Of a stretch of DNA of 64,000 nt, positions 56,938 to 64,000 are shown in pieces (the stretch's first letter is position 1; each line of letters opens with the position of its first letter). Below the pieces are notes generated by a model, which ran no database searches, was not told the origin of the DNA, and saw only the letters and a list, made by a program, of their open reading frames with translations. The position numbers and the translations under genes are program-made. This DNA is from Phycisphaerae bacterium (GTDB taxonomy: Bacteria > Planctomycetota > Phycisphaerae > UBA1845), in NCBI GenBank assembly GCA_963666835.2, contig CAXXGO010000001.1, positions 416,001 to 480,000 of the forward strand, read 5' to 3'.

Positions 56938-57313
56938 AGATTTCGCAGCGCACACGCCCCGGGACGGCTTGAGATTCTCGCCGGTGCTCCCGTCGGTTGG
57001 GCTGGCCGAGGATCAAGCTGTCGGTGCTTCCCCTCCATAGCGCTGGACCTGCCGGCTTCGTTGCTGGCCTCGGCAGGGTCGAGTTCCATCGTCACAGCTT
57101 CAGAGCCGGCGACGGCGGCTCGCGGACCCGAGTAGTGTGTCTTGTTGAATCTGGGGCGGCCCGACGCTCCTCGCGGACACCTCCGAGAACTCACTCCCCC
57201 AGCTCCACCCGATCGTCTCACCTTCCCCGCTCGACTGTCATCACGCGGTCCCCACGCCGCGTCGGTCTCACACTTCGATATGCCCACTCACCAAGCCGGT
57301 CGGCCGAGGCAAT

Positions 57314-57345
57314 GCGGGTACATATGCGGGTACTATGGCGGGTAC
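57314..57345 (+). repeat. Putative integrase arm-type sites (3x GCGGGTAC, 12-bp period)
   Basis: Copies at 57314, 57326 and 57338. Confidence 0.72.
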
Positions 57346-57445
57346 TCTTGTCTTTTTATGTCCCATTAGGTACCCTATTGACGTTCAATGCCCCCAGTCG
57401 ATCGGCGATTGGGGCGAAATACGCCGTGTCGGCCTGCAAATGGAG

Positions 57446-58927
57446 TTACTTAGGGGAGTCGATTCCCCCCGCCTCCATGTTTTGTGACAGTGACGAGTCA
57501 CTGTCACACGATGCCGAAAACGGCCCTGAGAGGTCCAGAACGGACCTTTCGGGGTCTTTTTCTTTGGCCGCTTTTCTCGGCGAAATGTCCTGAGATGACT
57601 GCTTAATACCCTGAGATGAACCGGATCGCGCCATGCATGGCGCCATGCGCAAACGGGGGTCGGCGGCATCGTCCGTGAAGGCCGGCGCGCCGTCGGTACC
57701 GGTTGCGCGTGCCCTTTCGCTCTTGCGATCGTTCGGCTGAATTCGCGGCAGCTTCGCCGATGCGCCGTGGGTGTTGATCAGACGCGGGTCGGTGTACACT
57801 CTTGTCGTCAGCCGCATATCCGTGTGCCGCATCAGCTCCATGGCTTCGCGAATGTCGACCTTGCTTGTGGCCAGCAACGTGCCGAAGGTCGTCCGCAGAG
57901 CGTGAAGGTCGAGCTTGCCACCGTCCACCACGCACTCGATGCCAGCCCGCTTGAGGTCGTTCTTGAACGTGCTGGACTTTGGGATCGACGAGAACACCCG
58001 GTCAGTCGGCCGGAAATCGCCAGGCCGGTGCGCCTCCAAGGCCTCGGCGAGCTCCGGGTTGATCGGAAGCGTGTCCGCTCGCTTGGATTTCGTCGTCGCA
58101 GCCCGCAGGGCGATCCGCGGAGGCGAGCTGTCGAGGAGCACGTCGCGCCATTCGAGGAGCCGAAGTTCCTTGCGGCGAAGGCCGGTAAGCACGGCCGTAA
58201 GGTAGACTATGGAGCGTTTCCCGGACATCTGCAGTAACCGCTGCAGTTCCTCGATTGTGGCCGCCCGCCGTACGCATCGCGGCTCTATGACATTCGCCTT
58301 GGCCACCGTGGCCACCGGATTCCGCTCAAGCCGTCGCTGCGCCACACACCAGTTGCAGAACGCGATCGTTGTCTCCAGATAGTGATTGGCGGTCCGCTCG
58401 CCCAACCCGCGGCGGATGTCGAGCCCCATCCATCGGGTCAGCCCGTCCGGCGTAATGCTGCCCAGGGAGACCCACCGGAGCTCCTTGCAGAGGCGTTTGA
58501 TGCGGCTGCTGACCTTGCGGATGTAGTCGGGGGAACGATTCACCCGCTCCAGGTCCGCGATCCACGCCGCGATGTGCTCTTCAACCGGGGCATTCGTGTG
58601 ATCCACCGACACATCGATGATCCCCGCCCGCTGCCGATCAACTTGCCGCTCGATCTCCGCGAGACGCTGCATCGTCGCCCGCTTATCCGTGTAGCCGGCC
58701 GTCCGCCGAGTTCGCCCCTGGGCGTCCTTGTACTCAATCGTCCAGCGGGACGATTCCCGGTAGACGGGGTTGCTGTGCGCATCGAGCAGAGGTTCGCGTT
58801 GGGGCGTCTTGATCCGGGTACCGGCGTTCTTACCCTTGGTGGCCGTTCGCTCGACCATGACGGGCCGGCCCTTGGCGTCCCTAACGACCCGCATCTTCGG
58901 GTACTTGGCCTTGAAGATCCTGCTCAT
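57446..58927 (-). CDS. Tyrosine recombinase / integrase of element 2
   Basis: LTGLRRKEL, TTKSKR, LHALRTTFGT, MRHTDMRLTTRVY. The C-terminal tail runs across the att core. Confidence 0.94.
   Translation of the reverse strand: MSRIFKAKYPKMRVVRDAKGRPVMVERTATKGKNAGTRIKTPQREPLLDAHSNPVYRESSRWTIEYKDAQGRTRRTAGYTDKRATMQRLAEIERQVDRQRAGIIDVSVDHTNAPVEEHIAAWIADLERVNRSPDYIRKVSSRIKRLCKELRWVSLGSITPDGLTRWMGLDIRRGLGERTANHYLETTIAFCNWCVAQRRLERNPVATVAKANVIEPRCVRRAATIEELQRLLQMSGKRSIVYLTAVLTGLRRKELRLLEWRDVLLDSSPPRIALRAATTKSKRADTLPINPELAEALEAHRPGDFRPTDRVFSSIPKSSTFKNDLKRAGIECVVDGGKLDLHALRTTFGTLLATSKVDIREAMELMRHTDMRLTTRVYTDPRLINTHGASAKLPRIQPNDRKSERARATGTDGAPAFTDDAADPRLRMAPCMARSGSSQGIKQSSQDISPRKAAKEKDPERSVLDLSGPFSASCDSDSSLSQNMEAGGIDSPK
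57459..57477 (+). repeat. att core at the junction of elements 1 and 2 (displaced tmRNA 3' fragment)
   Basis: TCGATTCCCCCCGCCTCCA identical to 13751-13769. Confidence 0.92.
57483..57508. other. Perfect 12-bp inverted repeat next to att
   Basis: TGTGACAGTGAC-GA-GTCACTGTCACA. Confidence 0.7.
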
Positions 58928-58930
58928 GTT

Positions 58931-59161
58931 CTACTTCCTCTTGGATCCGATTGGGCGCAGCTCGAGTTCGAGGACCTCGCACAGCCGCTCGACGTTCGAC
59001 AGGGCGATGTCCCGGTCCGTCGCCATGAAGCGGTGGATGGTGCTGTAGGGAATCCCGGTCCGCTTCGCGAGTTCGTACCGCGTCAAGCCACTCTCGACAA
59101 ACGCCCTGCGGATCCGATCCCCAATCCCGACGTGTCGTTTCTTTTTGCTCATGTCCTTCAT
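58931..59161 (-). CDS. XRE-family HTH regulator
   Basis: IRRAFVESGLTRYELAKRTGIPYSTIHRFM...LSNVERLCEVLELEL. Confidence 0.85.
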   Translation of the reverse strand: MKDMSKKKRHVGIGDRIRRAFVESGLTRYELAKRTGIPYSTIHRFMATDRDIALSNVERLCEVLELELRPIGSKRK

Positions 59162-59794
59162 GATATCGCCTTTAGCATACAAATCAAGCCCCTTCCGCCC
59201 GGGCAACCGACGAGGGCCGGTCCGGGGAGAGGCTGGGATCAGAGTCATCATCCGCGTCCCGAATCGACTCATGCTCGGTCGAGCATCCGGCACACGGTGG
59301 CGGAGCCGCCGCTTCCCCGACCCATTCGGGCGGTTGGCGCCGGGCATTCGTCTCCGCACCCTCCAACCGATCGGCCTCTGCGAACAGCCGTGCAGACTCC
59401 ACCTCGTCGATGTCCATGAGCTGTACCGCTTGCTGCCGGAGCGTTCTCGCTGGGCTGGGCGAGCGTAGCGGAACGAGCCGAAGGCTCTCGGCCTCGATGC
59501 CTTGCGGGATGTCCCCCTTCGCCACCACCTCGGCCCGGGATGGGGTAGTCCGGCCTGACGCACGGACACGGCCTGCGGCTATCGCAGCCGTACGGTCTCC
59601 CCCGCAACCCGCGTCCACCGTCGCGTTTCGGCCGGAAGCTCCGGCATGCCCCCGAGTCTTCGAATCGCTGGGGGGATCGTCGCGGGTCATGCGGCCCGGA
59701 TCATCAGCCGACTCGGAACAGGAAGCCCGTGACGTAGCTACGGCTCCTTCGCGCCCAGCCCGCAACATCCGCAATCTTCGTAGCGAGTCATTCA

Positions 59795-62281
59795 TCAACA
59801 GTCTCCCTGCGCAGAATGCGCACAATGCGCAGAATCGCCCACCGAAACCGGATTGTGCGCATTCTGAGTATTGTGCGCATGGGCCACCGGATTCACCTCG
59901 TACGTCGGACTGGGCTTCCTGCCAGGACCAGCACTCTCTCGCGGTCGCTCGCGGATGTAGAGGTGTTCCTCAAGTATTGCCAACGGGGCGTCGGTTTCCT
60001 TGGCCTGACGCACAGTGCCCCGCAAGCGAAGGAAGGCGTCGCGTTTCGTGAACTCGGTTACGCCTTCCTTGACAAGCCAGTCAAGGATGCGACGCGCGAG
60101 CGAGATTGCCGGGTCCGTCCCCATCTCGAAGTAGGCCGCTCGGGCATGCTCGACGGCGTACTCCCCGATGGCTATGGCGCTGCGCATCGTCTCCGCGTCG
60201 ATTTCGAAGCTGGAGGGACTCCCCGTCGACGCATGGATAAGGCCGTGGAAGATACCGGCGATACGGCAGACCGCCCCGGGTAGTTTAGTGCCCCAGTCGC
60301 GTATCGCGGACATCGCTTGTCCCTCACGCAGCTCATTCTCGACTCGTTGCCGGAAGTCATCCAACTCCTCGATCGCGTCCGCGCTGAGGCGGATTATATG
60401 GGCACATGGTCTGCCAGAGTTGTCGGTAGCAGGCTGGAGTCTCAGCGCTGTGCGAATCCCGTCAGCGTACCGCCGAGCAACGCTCGGTGGTACGGGCATG
60501 GCGCGAAGGCTCCGATGCCCTACCCGTGATCGTGGCATCGAGTACAGGAACCGACCCAGAACGCCACGACCTCGAAAGCCCTTCTTCTCCATCAGGCCCC
60601 GGAGCACTTCCGGCTGTACTGCCAGGCCAACAGTCAGGGCCGGATGTTGGACGTACTCGGGGGGGCGGTCCTTGCTGACGCGGTCGACGCGAATGTCGTC
60701 ACCTGCATGGCCCTTGAGGTATACACCGAGATTCGGCTGCCCGCTCGTGCCGTACCTTCCAGCCATCAGGTCGAACGTATCGCCCTCGGGCGAGAGCAGG
60801 GCTATGCGGCCAGCCTGCTCGTGAAGAAGGCGGGAGACCGCTTCCGGCGTCGCGTCATCGGCACAGTACCGCGGTGCCCGCAAGACCTCCAGATTACGGA
60901 GTTCTTCCTTCAGTTCGAAGGCCTTTTTCTTGGCTTCTTCCTGTTCCTCCGGCTTACTCGCCTTGGCCGCCTTCGTCTCGGCGTCCTTGAGCCTATTGGC
61001 GAGAATCACCCGTTCGGATTCGTTCCTTGCGATGTCCGGCGCAAGACGTTCAGCCTCTTCTCGCTCAAACTCCGACAATGGCCTAGTGATGGCGCCGAAC
61101 ACGGCACTCTTTCGTTCACCGGGTTCCATGGCCACGGCAACAAACAGATTCACGGGCTCATGCCAATCGCCCACTACAACGATCTCTACCCGCTTCGCCA
61201 ACGCCGCGGCGCCGACTGCCAGCACCAGCATTCCCGGAAGATCGGGTGGGACCTGATATGATTCGGCAACGGCCGCGCAGTAATCCCGCAGCCACTCCAA
61301 CTTAGAAGGGAACTCCTCAAGCGGAAACTCCGGGAGATCGAAATGGCCAAGTGGAACGGGAGGTTCCCACGAAATTGGCCCTACGACCTCCGCCTCCACC
61401 TCGTCGACTAACTTCAACAGCTCAGCACGGATCGCCTCGTTATCGAGGCCGGCCTCGCGGCGGGCCGCGATGAACTCCACGGCGTCCCCTTTCTCGGGCA
61501 GACCGGGCAACGTGATCTCCTTGATCACGGGGCGAGGTTCCAGCTCGTTCAACAGCCGGAAAACGTCGTCAGCATACCGTTCGCCCGAGCTGTCGTTGTC
61601 TGGCGAGAGCACGACCTCTTTGCCACGTAGCGGTGACCAGTCCGTTTTGCCTGCCGCCTGGCTACCACCCGCACACGTGGTCGCCACCAGGCCCAACTCG
61701 CGCAACGCATCGGCCGCCTTCTCGCCCTCGGTCACGAACACCAGATCCGCATCTGCCAGCTCCGACAGAGCGTACAGCGGGCGGGGCACCGGCATTGCGC
61801 CGATGCCCCAGCCCTTGCCGTTCCGGGCGACGGGGCGAATCTCCTTCCCGCCGTCGCGATCCCAGCGAACCACTACGCCCACCGGCTTACCTTGGCTATT
61901 CGTATAGGTCCACGTCCGTGACCTGGGGCCGAGCTGGCCTTCAAGCGTCTCGACCACTGCCTCAGCGGTCTCGTACGCACGTGCGGATCGCACGGCCCGG
62001 GCCGCCCTACCGTGTGCGTCACTGGGATCGTCGGGCATCAGGTCGGACATCTCCAAACCGAGGGCCTTTACGACCTTTTCCGCCGGGCAGCCGGCGTGGC
62101 AGCGAACCAGCACCCGCCCATCGTCACCGGCTGCAATCGAGAGGCTCGGGTGATTGTCGTCGTGAGCCGGGCAACACGACTGCCACCCATCACCGCACGC
62201 CTTCGGCTTACGGCCGGTCACCTGCTCGATCGCGGCCAGCACGTTGTCCACGGCACTACTCATACTTGGCCTCTCTGTCAT
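59795..62281 (-). CDS. Primase-helicase-like protein: Zn finger - Toprim - DUF3987/YfjI-like NTPase
   Basis: CCPAHDDNHPSLSI..VRCHAGC, FVTEGEKAADAL, PDNDSSG, MEPGERKS, DDATPEA, IRVDRV. Confidence 0.85.
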   Translation of the reverse strand: MTERPSMSSAVDNVLAAIEQVTGRKPKACGDGWQSCCPAHDDNHPSLSIAAGDDGRVLVRCHAGCPAEKVVKALGLEMSDLMPDDPSDAHGRAARAVRSARAYETAEAVVETLEGQLGPRSRTWTYTNSQGKPVGVVVRWDRDGGKEIRPVARNGKGWGIGAMPVPRPLYALSELADADLVFVTEGEKAADALRELGLVATTCAGGSQAAGKTDWSPLRGKEVVLSPDNDSSGERYADDVFRLLNELEPRPVIKEITLPGLPEKGDAVEFIAARREAGLDNEAIRAELLKLVDEVEAEVVGPISWEPPVPLGHFDLPEFPLEEFPSKLEWLRDYCAAVAESYQVPPDLPGMLVLAVGAAALAKRVEIVVVGDWHEPVNLFVAVAMEPGERKSAVFGAITRPLSEFEREEAERLAPDIARNESERVILANRLKDAETKAAKASKPEEQEEAKKKAFELKEELRNLEVLRAPRYCADDATPEAVSRLLHEQAGRIALLSPEGDTFDLMAGRYGTSGQPNLGVYLKGHAGDDIRVDRVSKDRPPEYVQHPALTVGLAVQPEVLRGLMEKKGFRGRGVLGRFLYSMPRSRVGHRSLRAMPVPPSVARRYADGIRTALRLQPATDNSGRPCAHIIRLSADAIEELDDFRQRVENELREGQAMSAIRDWGTKLPGAVCRIAGIFHGLIHASTGSPSSFEIDAETMRSAIAIGEYAVEHARAAYFEMGTDPAISLARRILDWLVKEGVTEFTKRDAFLRLRGTVRQAKETDAPLAILEEHLYIRERPRESAGPGRKPSPTYEVNPVAHAHNTQNAHNPVSVGDSAHCAHSAQGDC

Positions 62282-62765
62282 TCCTGGACCGCCGCGCCGC
62301 CGGTCGGCCATCAAACCACCCGGCACCCCAGCTCGACTTCCCGCGATCAACGCCGCCGCGCGGGAACGGCGAGTGCTTGCTTGCGGAGGCTCGGGGAAGC
62401 GGCGACTTGTGGGCCCAATGCCTGGGCGGAACCGTTTTGGAGCTGGCGGGGCGCATATGGAGACACTCTGTGGCATCTTCCTGGCACTGCTGTGCCGCCA
62501 AGAGGCGGTCGAGCAGCCTTTGCAGGGACCTCCCGAAGAACGAAATACGCAGGTCATCGCCATGCTCCAGGGCGCGGGACAAGCGGTCGATGAGCATACC
62601 TGCGAGACGTTCATCACTGCCTGCCCAGCCATCCGAATCTTCCAGATGCTGCCGGGCTAGGAGTAGCACGCTCCAAGGGCTTCTGGTACAGTTCGGTTGA
62701 TTGGTATTGCCAAGGCCCTGACCCGCCGTGCCACCGGCGACAGGGCCGTTTTTTGTGTCATTCAA
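62256..62765 (-). CDS. Hypothetical protein
   Basis: ORF (MLNDTKNGPVAGG...) between the AlpA-like and primase genes, overlapping both. Start uncertain. Confidence 0.4.
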   Translation of the reverse strand: MNDTKNGPVAGGTAGQGLGNTNQPNCTRSPWSVLLLARQHLEDSDGWAGSDERLAGMLIDRLSRALEHGDDLRISFFGRSLQRLLDRLLAAQQCQEDATECLHMRPASSKTVPPRHWAHKSPLPRASASKHSPFPRGGVDRGKSSWGAGWFDGRPAARRSRNDREAKYE

Positions 62766-62994
62766 CATCTTCTTGGTCCTTTCGAATTCTGTCCCATGTT
62801 GCCCGATCCGGCGCACCGGCCCGGATCCAGTCTTTCACCTCTTGAACCGAGAACCGCACCGACCTGCCGAAACGCAGAGCCTGCGGGCCGAGCTTTCCGT
62901 TGCTCTGCATCCGGCGAAGGTGTCGTAGACTGATGCCCATGGCGTCGGCTAACTGGCTCGCGTCCATGGCGAGGGTCTGTTCGTTCTCACCCAT
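62758..62994 (-). CDS. AlpA-family HTH protein
   Basis: MDASQLADAMGISLRHLRRMQSNGKLGPQALRFGRSVRFSVQEVKDWIRAG. Confidence 0.85.
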   Translation of the reverse strand: MGENEQTLAMDASQLADAMGISLRHLRRMQSNGKLGPQALRFGRSVRFSVQEVKDWIRAGAPDRATWDRIRKDQEDVE

Positions 62995-63282
62995 CCCTGA
63001 TCTCCTTGTCTTGTCGCACGTCGTGTGAAACCTGTTGCGTTGGAGTTTGTTCCCGACAGCCGTGAGTCCCGACTGGGCCGCGAGGTGGACTTCGACCGCG
63101 GGAACCGGAGTCAGGGCGGATGGAGGTCGAGCACGATGCCGAAGCCTGCCGGTCTTGCCCGTTCTTCGTGAACGCGTTCGCAACGAGGTTTGCGGAGATA
63201 CCGTCTGTTCGGTATGATGTATCCATCTTGATTCTCCTTACGACGGCCGCACGCTTTGCCTGGGCAGCGGCCGTCGTAGTAT

Positions 63283-63582
63283 CTAAAGTCCCATTTTTTC
63301 CAGTTGCTTGTCCGCTCTGTCGATCGCGCGGCGCCGTTCGGCGCTCGCCCGTCCAGCTGGTGTCGGTTGCGGCTTGGTCAGGCCGTCGCAGAACCGCTGC
63401 AGGGCCTCGAGGCTGGTGCAGAGAACCCCGCCGACCTGGATGGTCTCGAGCACCTCCCCGCGAACACCGCGCTGGGCCCAGCGGTAGAGTGTGGATACGT
63501 GCGGCTTCTTCCCCCGCCGGGTGGGCAGGTGCTTCGTGGCCTCGGTCAGCGACATTACGGTTTCGGTCTTCAGGTCGATCAT
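63283..63582 (-). CDS. DUF1580-like HTH protein
   Basis: SLTEATKHLP.RRGKKPHVSTLYRWAQRGVRGEVLETIQVGG..CTSLEALQRF, a pattern I associate with planctomycete mobile elements. Confidence 0.78.
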   Translation of the reverse strand: MIDLKTETVMSLTEATKHLPTRRGKKPHVSTLYRWAQRGVRGEVLETIQVGGVLCTSLEALQRFCDGLTKPQPTPAGRASAERRRAIDRADKQLEKMGL

Positions 63583-64000
63583 GTTTTTTCCTCGCACGGT
63601 CAGGCTGCCAAGCCTTCTGTAGGAAGTGTGCATCACCGATCCATGTGCGGCCTACGTGTCTTTTTCCGCTCATCTCCGCACAAAACGGGCCCGAAACGCA
63701 CGTGTGCTGGCGCGGAAGACACAGGATGTGCCGAAGATTCGCGAGTCTTGCTGAGAAACGCACAAGGTGAGGCCGGGAGGCAAAAAACGGGCCGGCTCAC
63801 GCACAACCCGAATGAACGCGTGGTTCAACCATGGCGTTCACTGGCAAGGGCATGAACGTGGACCATCGGCGTCGTCGAGTGGATGAGGTATGGCGTGGGG
63901 CGTGGGTTTGTCAGAATCTGGCGAGGGCTACTACTCTTCGATCCGAATCTCCTCTGGTGACAAGTCAAGGCTCACGCCCTGCCCGGGCCTCCTCTGTACG

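Larger units (their letters stand above)
57459..64000. mobile_element. Second tandem integrative element (right end outside the window)
   Basis: Integrase pointing into the att site, followed by XRE, Toprim-DUF3987-like, AlpA and DUF1580-like genes. Confidence 0.85.

Noticed and set aside
57459..57477. A tRNA gene at the second att copy
   Set aside because: Only the T-loop and acceptor 3' fragment is present, with no 5' half.

Overview
GC-rich bacterial DNA, most likely Planctomycetota (Phycisphaerae-like, inferred from gene families). 1-13.4 kb is chromosomal: a two-component signalling cluster, a Cys-rich secreted protein and two zinc-ribbon membrane paralogues, followed by a tmRNA gene (13418-13769). 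A ~43.7 kb integrative element sits in the tmRNA 3' end, bounded by a 19-bp direct repeat (13751-13769 / 57459-57477). A second integrative element follows in tandem from ~57478 and runs off the window. The cargo of the first element is the main finding: seven Ser/Thr kinase genes of the form kinase - TM helix - helical stalk - FGE-sulfatase (C-type lectin fold) domain, plus one kinase-less FGE gene. Their FGE C-terminal segments carry the adenine-mutagenesis signature of diversity-generating retroelement (DGR) variable regions, and five are followed by DGR-type hairpins. Two 3'-truncated avd genes are present, but I found no template repeat or reverse transcriptase in the window. FHA, SPFH, CsgG-like, TPR and lipoprotein genes are interspersed. 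My inference is a mobile array of hypervariable receptor kinases diversified in trans. All alignments and domain calls were made by eye, with no database searches.
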